NCBI RefSeq assembly: GCF_000142905.1
Contig: NW_013657644.1
Location: 66,285 to 114,139, forward strand
Length of the DNA: 47,855 bases
Reading direction: 5' to 3'
Source of the DNA: Thecamonas trahens ATCC 50062
Taxonomy: Eukaryota > Protista > Apusomonadida
This document shows positions 23,101 through 31,066 of this stretch, one piece after another; position 1 is the stretch's first letter, and the number at the start of each line of letters is the position of its first letter. The position numbers were made by a program, and so were the translations under genes. The notes below the pieces were generated by a model. It searched no databases. It was not told where the DNA came from and saw nothing but the letters and a program-made list of their open reading frames with translations.

Positions 23101-23121
23101 GAGGAGCTGTGCTCGTGGTAA
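17134..23121 (+). CDS. UBR-box/RING E3 ubiquitin ligase (UBR1/2/3-PRT6 family)
   Basis: UBR zinc finger (CGAGW..FRCLTC..AICAACF..H.DHEY..CDCG..W...GFCSAH), KRELVHRLA winged-helix region, RERILAKMQKQQSKF, split RING-H2 (CVLC...CGHFCHASC...FLCPLC) and a C-terminal Cys-rich domain (CLFCG, YFDRHGEPD..LTRG). The start may be 17104 or 17134. Confidence 0.93.
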   Translation: MAAVDFEEVVLGLKRYLVGVGAVFAEEVEEHVAEDDRPLTMAVAMAQSGSGQEAMTTTTTAAAATTAAAAAATAAATTTGDIETGTGFPTKLLSTYMCGRDPEPYLSELAATLRVSVCGAGWNEGALAFRCLTCQVSDSSAICAACFKASDHADHEYKMYKSGFGGVCDCGNELAWAREGFCSAHQGYDPDFNTLSQLPPDLLARARKLMVLLLNALAHVLAPHSVPIPDALALASPAPDILATDIMDYVLGISNLSDAFRLIVTEAFTFPVTLMPLIDGTTPTAHAVAAAVADFEASGALDADTPLPSVDYLAPLPVRKEDAGTGLALPPAGVGFESLLDAACSAFLTHTPELNDAFSSFVMSLLNDFRMKQQFMRVFMTYYAHMARHLPRLALRDAGQPAAVREASKKFLDDLVNRLSAQLFSFPHIMLEVFDTYNLLGVITDAVRLVLESTAADFPYAPQTFASRAEAVASGIRFAPVVRRIDVTSPIIEQRHYWSFSNDIVSILGHAEIAAHCLTAPRVFDALLDLAATANEIFPMFQLQVGQYDAWAASLTLQAEVVQPFSSFADGLRHHHAAHADVGPCDCVEIMQSVIRRAADKLIATETTLAADTTPTNRDSTVPFASRSVGAGVSLCYPLQRVVAQLVSIAVNDLAQLKMAGEPVAVPSVAELFGVAGDEPAARAAAVKLATALFVRPMRAQAWLAQTRTGAWRRGGKGIETTVYVYVSSGFGARLRDLDTFAMQVALSLVANETESLLLPAASAFGIGPPEFAAIVDLHSPTVSQYDGFLTFVYALATDRLQTGMPLKAAVKRELVHRLACAPASFSIIQRQLGSTFARHPAFSDILNSIADFVPPTESHSSAYKLKLDSWFLFEATFPRYSSREAHTARENYSAIRRSAADKVKLSPLPLPDVHRHLVPAFAWLPDLLSNHLVFALTWMFAFHVSGAPGAADAAPPSSLFYAHYYSLGTLLQATRPLDVESDTRVGDAWRAAMDQRPMISTLDDALGVFFDLDESPLGACLEAVICMRFRVAPPSGGTDLPEVSVLGSLIRLHDSTADAEELSVVHAVLARAWAFSALVRGEMEGVLEKAGESGASLLASLASGSGVVDNAKEARRLRVKRKRERILAKMQKQQSKFISNHGALYSEDGDDDGEPSGTGSSSQAEAAEAAAHGDGALSAPLGLPERPPSTSSLSCVLCHVAGPRYDGADTETATGRGGGILGPICAVGFASPHGLFADEWAAVTALKTRVDRGTGHERNEAGSNANPGVEPQPEPSIDSDSDSDSDSEGPPPAPIRRESLMARLQSMIVALSGQRPREGLGTAGEDDTGQPGPSETSTPMEEEGNGEVRSSDDAPVALALNMRPLPEPNAVGDMLEPPPAAPPSIHFCGHFCHASCMHAYFQTLLNKRWTGAANVRLGEFLCPLCRRLSNVAVPLGASEAESVAPVEAAAYTLSPVSYGGWADAVETVTESSGGASESVARMAAAAGEFPEPMAEALVTMVERVGLATTSCPPHMAAQPSMASVVFALAPLRALVAAEEEAARMSVGTVVQASALVDSAFSDEPRKRRLMFGLHDAVRAGIGVLAHRRESVASGIVAALANSLTAAGPSGSGGEDDERETVVLDSLELFQLLVLLQNGGRVDADGFRAAARVAVAYEVASFLVRVAVEDDLARLVEPLVEVVAGPEVAAPFVAALHSLRTTIPPLGAVSTGVQATLDRIRKMLVLGPAVMAGAPNDEVGAEAVLAANVLPLLRRLVVYGSGPLGLGFESSAGSVEEAPATAEAEAEALLRLIGVSSGGFGIVAEGGPGMAKAMLSWIHPQLVVCAPVRRTLPTYLGCEIGGPPALELVALPRAYEEVYQDAFTQPCDKCGEIAAQPIMCLFCGKIMCTYPGQKSTSTSRCRNGYQHARECRGGGLGLFLVLSVTSVLLLRANRFSWSHRLYFDRHGEPDVNLTRGLPVFLQESHYMALALAAVRNGFDWDSVTKEIRREELCSW

Positions 23122-23183
23122 GGGCGAGGTGGGTGAGACCTTCTTCAATGCAACGCGCCAGGAAGGCAAGCGCGACGGCGCCA

Positions 23184-24488
23184 TCATCGGCGTCTGTTCT
23201 GAGCGTTGTACTTGACAGCGTTGTTAAAGGCGGTGAGCCAGTCGGAGAGCTCGCCGGCGTTGTAAAAGCCAAGAATGTAGGCCTTTTTCTTGGTCGAGTG
23301 CGCCGGGGTGAGCCGGATGACGTGCTCTTTGCCGGCTCTGTCGTCGGCGGAGACCTTTGTGGTGACGGCGCACGACGTGAGGTTGATGACGCCCTTCATC
23401 TTCTTGTCCATGGGCGAGGCCTTGTAGGCGAGGACAAAGCCGCCGCCGTTCTTGCCACCTGGTGTGGGGTCGATGTCGAGCTCTGCCCAGCGGCGCTGCC
23501 ACTTGTCCTTGCGGCGGCCACCGAGCTTCTCCATCCAGCCGTGCTTGATGCACTCTTCCTTGGTGATGGCGACGTCTTTGGTGGGGAGCGAGGCGAGGGT
23601 GGGGGCAGACGATGTACCCCCGACGATGGCGACTGGGGCGGCGACCGGCGACGAGAGCTCGGACGACGATGGTGGGGCGGTCGAATAGGGAGCGGCGCCG
23701 GCGGAGACGGCGGGGTCGGAAAGGAGGTTTGCGCGTGGGTCGGCAGCGTGGGCACCCGGCGACGAGAGCGTGCCCGATGTCGAGGTGCCGTCGTGGGTGG
23801 TGTAGTGGCCTTCAGAGCCAATGCCGCCAGTCAGCGACGTCCGCGACGAGCCACCGGTCAAGGGTGGCGGCACCGCAATGTCTGTCGGCGATCCGTGGAG
23901 CATGTCATCGTGGTAAGACGTCATAGCCGACTCATTCAGCGCCTGCATCATGGCCGAGTACTCGCTCGATTCAGCAGCGTTGCCGGTAGTTGTGGCCTGT
24001 GAGATCGATGCCATCAGCAGATGGAGCTCGTCGCGGGTAGCGGTAGCCGCCACCGGGCCACCGGCCGCGCCTACCGCGCCGCCACCAGGCCTCGACGACA
24101 TCGATGCCATGTTGGCGCCGGCGACTTTGGCCAGAGCAGCCTGGAGCTCAGCCTGGGCATCGGCGCCAAAGGTCTCCACCTCTGACGCTTTGATATCGAC
24201 CTGATTGAGCAGCTTGAGCATCTCCACGTCCAGCGCGCCCGAGCCGGTCTGCGACGAGTGGAGCATAGACATTACCGAAGATAGATCCGGCGCAGGCGAA
24301 CCTGCAGTTCCTCCGCCTGGGCGAGTAGCCCCGCCACCTGGTCGGGAATGCGCACCACCACCAGGCGGAGCAAGCGTCGATGACGAATGTGTCGAGCTTG
24401 AGGTTGACCGACTTCCACCGCTTCCTCCAGGAAGGGTAAGTCCGCCGCCAGAGTCGCTCGGAAGAGGCGGTGGCGGGCTGCTGGCCAT
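23184..24488 (-). CDS. PH-domain protein with low-complexity N-terminus
   Basis: C-terminal PH domain: IKHGWMEKLGGRRKDKWQRRWAEL...MKGVINLT...ELSDWLTAFNNA. ATG at 24488; upstream exons in the gap cannot be excluded. Confidence 0.8.
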   Translation of the reverse strand: MASSPPPPLPSDSGGGLTLPGGSGGSRSTSSSTHSSSTLAPPGGGAHSRPGGGATRPGGGTAGSPAPDLSSVMSMLHSSQTGSGALDVEMLKLLNQVDIKASEVETFGADAQAELQAALAKVAGANMASMSSRPGGGAVGAAGGPVAATATRDELHLLMASISQATTTGNAAESSEYSAMMQALNESAMTSYHDDMLHGSPTDIAVPPPLTGGSSRTSLTGGIGSEGHYTTHDGTSTSGTLSSPGAHAADPRANLLSDPAVSAGAAPYSTAPPSSSELSSPVAAPVAIVGGTSSAPTLASLPTKDVAITKEECIKHGWMEKLGGRRKDKWQRRWAELDIDPTPGGKNGGGFVLAYKASPMDKKMKGVINLTSCAVTTKVSADDRAGKEHVIRLTPAHSTKKKAYILGFYNAGELSDWLTAFNNAVKYNAQNRRR

Positions 24489-24762
24489 AGTCACGGTTGG
24501 GGGGTGGGGGGGAAGGGGGTGGTGGTGAGGGGGGTGGGGAAGGGTGGTGGTGAGGGTGGGGGAGGGTGGAGTGCTCGCTCTGCTTGTCGTCAACCGTAGA
24601 CTACGGCAAAGAGCTGGTGGTGGTTGTGGTGGCTGTGGTGGTGGAGCAGGTGGCGTTGCACGTTGTGCGCGTGGCCTCCGTTTTGGGGGGGGGGGAGGGG
24701 GGGGGGGGGGGGGGGGGGGGAGGGCGGAAGGTACGGCGAAAAATGGTCGCATTCTGCTCGTT

Positions 24763-25758
24763 NNNNNNNNNNNNNNNNNNNNNNNNNNNNNNNNNNNNNN
24801 NNNNNNNNNNNNNNNNNNNNNNNNNNNNNNNNNNNNNNNNNNNNNNNNNNNNNNNNNNNNNNNNNNNNNNNNNNNNNNNNNNNNNNNNNNNNNNNNNNNN
24901 NNNNNNNNNNNNNNNNNNNNNNNNNNNNNNNNNNNNNNNNNNNNNNNNNNNNNNNNNNNNNNNNNNNNNNNNNNNNNNNNNNNNNNNNNNNNNNNNNNNN
25001 NNNNNNNNNNNNNNNNNNNNNNNNNNNNNNNNNNNNNNNNNNNNNNNNNNNNNNNNNNNNNNNNNNNNNNNNNNNNNNNNNNNNNNNNNNNNNNNNNNNN
25101 NNNNNNNNNNNNNNNNNNNNNNNNNNNNNNNNNNNNNNNNNNNNNNNNNNNNNNNNNNNNNNNNNNNNNNNNNNNNNNNNNNNNNNNNNNNNNNNNNNNN
25201 NNNNNNNNNNNNNNNNNNNNNNNNNNNNNNNNNNNNNNNNNNNNNNNNNNNNNNNNNNNNNNNNNNNNNNNNNNNNNNNNNNNNNNNNNNNNNNNNNNNN
25301 NNNNNNNNNNNNNNNNNNNNNNNNNNNNNNNNNNNNNNNNNNNNNNNNNNNNNNNNNNNNNNNNNNNNNNNNNNNNNNNNNNNNNNNNNNNNNNNNNNNN
25401 NNNNNNNNNNNNNNNNNNNNNNNNNNNNNNNNNNNNNNNNNNNNNNNNNNNNNNNNNNNNNNNNNNNNNNNNNNNNNNNNNNNNNNNNNNNNNNNNNNNN
25501 NNNNNNNNNNNNNNNNNNNNNNNNNNNNNNNNNNNNNNNNNNNNNNNNNNNNNNNNNNNNNNNNNNNNNNNNNNNNNNNNNNNNNNNNNNNNNNNNNNNN
25601 NNNNNNNNNNNNNNNNNNNNNNNNNNNNNNNNNNNNNNNNNNNNNNNNNNNNNNNNNNNNNNNNNNNNNNNNNNNNNNNNNNNNNNNNNNNNNNNNNNNN
25701 NNNNNNNNNNNNNNNNNNNNNNNNNNNNNNNNNNNNNNNNNNNNNNNNNNNNNNNNNN
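24763..25758. other. Assembly gap (N run)
   Basis: N characters. Confidence 1.
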
Positions 25759-25808
25759 CTCTCCCCTCCCCCGCCTCCCCCCACCTTCCTCCGCGCGTGC
25801 CTGCAAGA

Positions 25809-25988
25809 ATGGAGCGCCCGTCGTACGATCCGTTCGGTTACTACCAGCGGCCAGCAAAGTGCATGGCCAACCCGTGGTGGGTCAAGGCCTTGTTTGTCCT
25901 CCTCGCCGTCCTCAGCTTTGTCACCGTCGTCCTTCTCTTTGCCCTCACCGCCACACACTCGAGCAACGAGGGCTACGGCAAGAACTGA
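25809..25988 (+). CDS. Small single-pass membrane protein (59 aa) or last exon of a gene starting in the gap
   Basis: MERPSYDPFGYYQRPAKCMANPWWVKALFVLLAVLSFVTVVLLFALTATHSSNEGYGKN has one clear hydrophobic helix and GC3-rich codons like the neighbouring genes. Confidence 0.55.
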   Translation: MERPSYDPFGYYQRPAKCMANPWWVKALFVLLAVLSFVTVVLLFALTATHSSNEGYGKN

Positions 25989-26437
25989 TCGGGCCTTGAC
26001 CGCATCTATCTTTGCCTGCCGACTACGCCAGTCGCTCGACTCTGGCCACCCTATCTCCGTCCTCTGTCCAAGAAAGCAGACTACATGCTCTCTTGCTCTC
26101 GCTCTGTCCCCCCGCTCTCTGCTCTCATCGCTTCATGATCGCCTCGTTCCGTGGCTATGGCCTCCCGTCACTACCGCCAACCCTGACCACCATCATTAAG
26201 CCGATGATAGCCTCCCAACCCACCCACCGGTACCATTACAAGCCACATACACTGCATATTCTGCAACCATCCTCCATTGCGAATCCCCCTCCCTCCTCCC
26301 CCCCCCCCCCCCTCCCCCTCCCTCCCCCCCCCTCCTCTCCCCTCCTTCCCTCCACCCGACTGACCGGCCTCTCCCCCGCCGACCCCCACCCGCCTACCCT
26401 CACCTCACCCAGTGGCCACACTCCTCGCCTTGTCACC

Positions 26438-27581
26438 ATGCAGCGCACACAGTACGTCCTTTTCACCCCCTCCTCATGTACCACCCTCACCACATACGCA
26501 CACAAACCCTGTCCTTCTCTCTCCCTCCACCCGTTCCTCTCCTTGCTGCTTGCTTCTCTTTGGCCATGGCCGACTGCGACCTGTGACCAAAAACTGGGTC
26601 GCAGCCAACCAAGGAAGGACACGACCTTTTCCAGGACACACTCCCGCCTTTCTCCACTCTCCCCCATACACACGCACGCACACACACACACATCGGCAGG
26701 AGTTCAACCTACGTATACTCACATTCATATTTGTGCACGTGTTCTTTACTGTGACATCCTCCTTGTGGCGAGGTGGTGTACAGGCAGCCCATCGTGACGG
26801 GCACCTCGGTGCTGGGCATCAAGTTTGACGGCGGAGTCATGGTCGCGGCAGACACGCTGGGTACGTCGCCTGATAGGGAGGAAGGGGGAGGGGATGTAGA
26901 GCCGAGAGAGTGTGTGTGTGTGTGTCTGTATGTGTGAATGTGAGTGTGTGTCTGTGTGTCTGTGTGTCTGTGTGTGTGTGTGTGAACTTATGGTTGTGGC
27001 TGGATATGGATGTAGGCTCGTATGGCTCGTTGGCACGGTTCCGCGACCTGCGGCGGGTGCGGCAGGCCGGCGAGTACACGCTGCTTGGCGGGTCGGGCGA
27101 CTACATGGACTTTGAGGCCATGCTGGAGTACGTGGACGAGCTGCTGCTGGAGGACACGACTCTCGACGCGCCGCCGTCGTACACGCCGCGCGAGCTGCAC
27201 CAGTACTTGGCCCGGATCTACTACAACAAGCGGTCCGAGTTTGATCCACTGTGGAACCAGCTAGTGGTGGGCGGCGTCCGTGACGGCGACGTCTTCCTTG
27301 GATACGTCGATCTGCAGGGTACACACTACGAGGACGAGACCGTGGCTACCGGATACGGCTCGTACATCGCCCGCCCGCTCCTCCGCGAGGCCTACCGCGA
27401 CGACCTGACAGAGGCCGAGGCGCGCAAGGTTCTCGAGGACGCCATGCGGGTCCTCTTCTACCGCGACGCCCGTACAATCAACCGCATCCAGATCGGTGTC
27501 GCCACCGAGGCCGGCGGCATTGACATCTCCGAGCCCTTCGAGCTGGAGACCGATTGGACTGTCGGCATCCGCAAGCACTGA
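26438..27581 (+). CDS. PSMB4: 20S proteasome subunit beta-7 (PSMB4/Pre4); exons 26438-26451, 26784-26860, 27016-27581
   Basis: Spliced product [39 protein letters not shown]...[10 protein letters not shown]...[14 protein letters not shown]...[10 protein letters not shown]. Both GTACGT..AG introns are in phase. Confidence 0.95.
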
Positions 27582-27632
27582 CCGCCGCTGCCAACTGTTC
27601 GAGCAAAACTCCCCCCCCCCCTCCCCCCCTGT

Positions 27633-27984
27633 NNNNNNNNNNNNNNNNNNNNNNNNNNNNNNNNNNNNNNNNNNNNNNNNNNNNNNNNNNNNNNNNNNNN
27701 NNNNNNNNNNNNNNNNNNNNNNNNNNNNNNNNNNNNNNNNNNNNNNNNNNNNNNNNNNNNNNNNNNNNNNNNNNNNNNNNNNNNNNNNNNNNNNNNNNNN
27801 NNNNNNNNNNNNNNNNNNNNNNNNNNNNNNNNNNNNNNNNNNNNNNNNNNNNNNNNNNNNNNNNNNNNNNNNNNNNNNNNNNNNNNNNNNNNNNNNNNNN
27901 NNNNNNNNNNNNNNNNNNNNNNNNNNNNNNNNNNNNNNNNNNNNNNNNNNNNNNNNNNNNNNNNNNNNNNNNNNNNNNNNNNNN
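27633..27984. other. Assembly gap (N run)
   Basis: N characters. Confidence 1.
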
Positions 27985-28050
27985 TCCCCCACCACACACA
28001 CACACCTCCCCTCCAACACCCAACTCTCGGAAGGGCAACCGGACCGAGGC

Positions 28051-30852
28051 ATGAGCACGGTCAAGCAAGCCGAGGATGAGGCTGCTGCGGCCATGGCCAG
28101 CAGTGGCGACGGGCCGGGCGCCGAAGAGGAGACCAACGACAACAACGCCAGCGAGACCGGGACGCCCGCCGCAGACGCTATTGAAGGCGAAGGTGAAGGC
28201 GAAGGCGAGGGTGAGGTGGTAGAGGAGGTTGTGGAGGTAGAGGAGGTTGTGGAGGACCCGGAGGAGTTGCTTCGGGCACGGCTGGTGGAAGAGTATCCCG
28301 TGGTACGGCAGCTCGGGGTGTGCCCGCCGTGGGCGCCGGCGACGGTGCCGACGGTGGCGCTGCCCAAGGCCAAGGCGCTGGCGGGCGGACGGGTCGGCAA
28401 GGCCAAGTCAGTTGTGGTGGGCCTGGACTGGACTTCGGAGATGCCTGTTGATCTTGATGCATATGCCCTGCTGTTTGATGAGGCCGGTGAGCTCATGGAG
28501 ATGGTGTACTACGACGCACTGGTCTCTCACTCGGGTGCTATCCAACACATGGGTGACAACCGGACGGGTGGTCCCGATGGAGACGACGAGTCCGCGTATG
28601 ACGATGACGCCGCCGTCGACGACGAGAGCTCGATGCCGCCGCCGCTGACACAGATTAGGGTCACCTCGCCGTCGATCCTCTCGTTTGCACCCGACGACGA
28701 CGACGAGGCAGGCTCGGCCGAAAGCGGCGGTGGCGACGGCAGTGGAGGAACTTCCGGTGAAGAGAGCGCAAAGCCTGAGCACTCGCCCCTCGAAGACGAC
28801 GACGAGAGCATCCGCATCCGCTGGGGCCTTCTCGACGACTCGGTTCACGCGGTTATGATTGTGGTCAACTCGTTCTCGGGCCAGACCTTTGCGCAGATTC
28901 CCGAGTGCAAGCTCCGCATCTACGCCACACCCAAGGGCCTCCCGGGCATCGAAGACGACGACGACGAAGAGTCGATTGATGGCGACGACGATGATGACGA
29001 GTACGATGACAACGCGTCAGCATGCACCGACGACTACTACGACGACGACCGATCGGTGGCGTCGGCTGACATGCGGTCTTCGTCCCGGCTCAGCTCCCGC
29101 GCCGGCTCGCGCGCTGGCTCCCGCGCCGGCTCGCGCGCCGGCTCGCGCGCAGCGTCCCGGGTTGGCTCTCGCGCCGGCTCGCGTGCTGCCTCGCGGGGAT
29201 CTTCGCGCTCTGAATCGCACTCACGCTCGCGCCAGACGGCGTCGACTGCGTCAGACGGCTCACTCGACGAAGACGCCGAGGCTGCGGCTGCGGCCGCGGC
29301 TGATGCCAAAGGCAATGCTGATGGCGCAGCAGAGACACCCACTGACGAGCCTCTTGAGCCCGAGGAGGACCCGCTGCAGGAGTTCCTTGTGCTAGACGTG
29401 GCGTGCGAGTCGGACGCAACAACGCTTGTGGTGGGCACGTTCTTCCGGGCACTCGCACCCAATTGGATGCTTCCTCCCAAGCCCAAGGCCGAGGCGGCCG
29501 ATGGCGACGGCGACGGTGACGGCGACGGTGACGGCGACAGTGAGGCTAGAGCCGATGGTGCCGACGAGATCGCCGACGAAGGCTACTCGCAGTACGACGA
29601 GTACAACGACTCGCGGTCGTCGTACGGCGGCGAGGCTGCTCTGAGTGGTGGTGGTGGGTATAGCGGGTCCGAGAGCGACGGCGAGGATGGCCAAGACGGC
29701 GACGACGACGACGACCCGGGCTACGGGCCGGACGGAGTGTGGCACTTTGCGCCGTCGGGTGTGGTGGCCATGGGCAACTCGGTGGAGGAGATGCTGCCGC
29801 AGCTTGTGGTTGCCCTCGCGCCATTCACCAAGGGCATCGAGCCGTACGTGCCGAAGCATCTTGCCGCGGCCGAGAGCGACAGCAAGGAGCAAGTCGAGCT
29901 CGACGAGGGAACACTCAAGCGCGGACTCTCGCTGGTGGCCAAGACCCGGTCCGGGCTGCAATGGGCGTACACCCAGCTGTTTCTGGCCAAGGGCAGCTGG
30001 CACAATCTGGGCCTGCTGACAAGCTACAAGTTGCTGCGGTATGTGCACCTGCCCCACAACGCGTTCACGGACGTGAGCCCGCTCAACGCGCTCGACGACC
30101 TCATGGAGCTGGTCATGCCGCACAACCGGGTCGGCGACTCTTGGCTGGCGCTCACGCCGCGCCGGTGGCTGGAGAGTGTCGACCTTGGCCACAACAAGGT
30201 GGCGGCGCTCTCGCCGATCGTCCACCCCTCCCTCCGGTCGCTCAACCTCTCGCACAACCGGGTGACCCAGATCGAGCACCTCGAAGACGCGACTCACCTC
30301 GGAAAGCTGGCGCTCAACCACAACGCTATCTCGTCGCTCCGCGGCGTGACAGCCCCGCATCTGAAGGAGCTGCACCTCTCGTACAACACAATCCGGCTGG
30401 TTGGCGCGGCAGCGATGCCCTCGCTCAGGGTCCTCGTTCTAACCCACAACAACATCCGTTTGACATCCGGCCTCGAGGCGCTCCCTGCGCTGGAGATCCT
30501 CAACCTGGCGTTCAACGACGTGAACGACTTGGACCAGGTGGCGGCTCTCGGCGCACTGCCGCGGCTGACGTGGCTCTCGCTTGTCGAGAACCCGATCTCG
30601 TTCTCGGAAGAGCTTGGGCCCGACTACCGCCTCGAGGTGCTGATGGCGATCAAGACGCTCACCGTCCTCGACGAGATGGTGGTTGACTCTGGTGAGCGCG
30701 AAGACGCCGACGAGCTGACCAAGGAGCGTGAGGCTGCCGCCAACCCGTCATCCGACGCCGACCGCGATCACGACTCGGACAACGAGTACGACGACAACAG
30801 CTTTGACGGCGACAACAACGAGTATGATGACGGCTACGATGACTACGACTAG
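28051..30852 (+). CDS. TerD-domain / LRRC23-like leucine-rich-repeat fusion protein (933 aa)
   Basis: TerD motifs VGLDW, VDLDA, VYY, SGAIQHMGDNRTG..DGDDE, ESIRI, VVNSFSGQTF and WHF. These are followed by LKRGLSLVAKTRSGLQWAY...LLRYVHLPHN and SDS22-type LRRs with an LRR cap (ENPI..DYRLEV..LTVLD). Confidence 0.8.
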   Translation: MSTVKQAEDEAAAAMASSGDGPGAEEETNDNNASETGTPAADAIEGEGEGEGEGEVVEEVVEVEEVVEDPEELLRARLVEEYPVVRQLGVCPPWAPATVPTVALPKAKALAGGRVGKAKSVVVGLDWTSEMPVDLDAYALLFDEAGELMEMVYYDALVSHSGAIQHMGDNRTGGPDGDDESAYDDDAAVDDESSMPPPLTQIRVTSPSILSFAPDDDDEAGSAESGGGDGSGGTSGEESAKPEHSPLEDDDESIRIRWGLLDDSVHAVMIVVNSFSGQTFAQIPECKLRIYATPKGLPGIEDDDDEESIDGDDDDDEYDDNASACTDDYYDDDRSVASADMRSSSRLSSRAGSRAGSRAGSRAGSRAASRVGSRAGSRAASRGSSRSESHSRSRQTASTASDGSLDEDAEAAAAAAADAKGNADGAAETPTDEPLEPEEDPLQEFLVLDVACESDATTLVVGTFFRALAPNWMLPPKPKAEAADGDGDGDGDGDGDSEARADGADEIADEGYSQYDEYNDSRSSYGGEAALSGGGGYSGSESDGEDGQDGDDDDDPGYGPDGVWHFAPSGVVAMGNSVEEMLPQLVVALAPFTKGIEPYVPKHLAAAESDSKEQVELDEGTLKRGLSLVAKTRSGLQWAYTQLFLAKGSWHNLGLLTSYKLLRYVHLPHNAFTDVSPLNALDDLMELVMPHNRVGDSWLALTPRRWLESVDLGHNKVAALSPIVHPSLRSLNLSHNRVTQIEHLEDATHLGKLALNHNAISSLRGVTAPHLKELHLSYNTIRLVGAAAMPSLRVLVLTHNNIRLTSGLEALPALEILNLAFNDVNDLDQVAALGALPRLTWLSLVENPISFSEELGPDYRLEVLMAIKTLTVLDEMVVDSGEREDADELTKEREAAANPSSDADRDHDSDNEYDDNSFDGDNNEYDDGYDDYD
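29095..29200 (+). repeat. 12-bp coding minisatellite encoding (SRAG)n
   Basis: tc(c/g)cgcgc(c/t)ggc units give SRAGSRAGSRAGSRAGSRAASRVGSRAGSRAASRG. Confidence 0.85.
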
Positions 30853-31066
30853 CGCCACAATGGTTACGATCCAGTGTGGGCACGACCGCCATTAACATGC
30901 CACTCCTGCCCGTCGCAGCAGCTTTGGGGCGGAGGCGGCCGAGTCCTCCTTCCTGGCTGGGCAAAGCCGTGTGCGGCGGCTGGTGCGGCAGGAACCACGG
31001 ACACGCCACTCGACGGGGGGACCAGGCGGAAGGACTGGCCGAGCGAGAAGGGAGGGCAAGGAGGGG

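Noticed and set aside
24544-26199. Long ORFs spanning N runs (also around 7489-8216, 27261-28496 and 40674-42355)
   Set aside because: Artefacts of translating through gaps.
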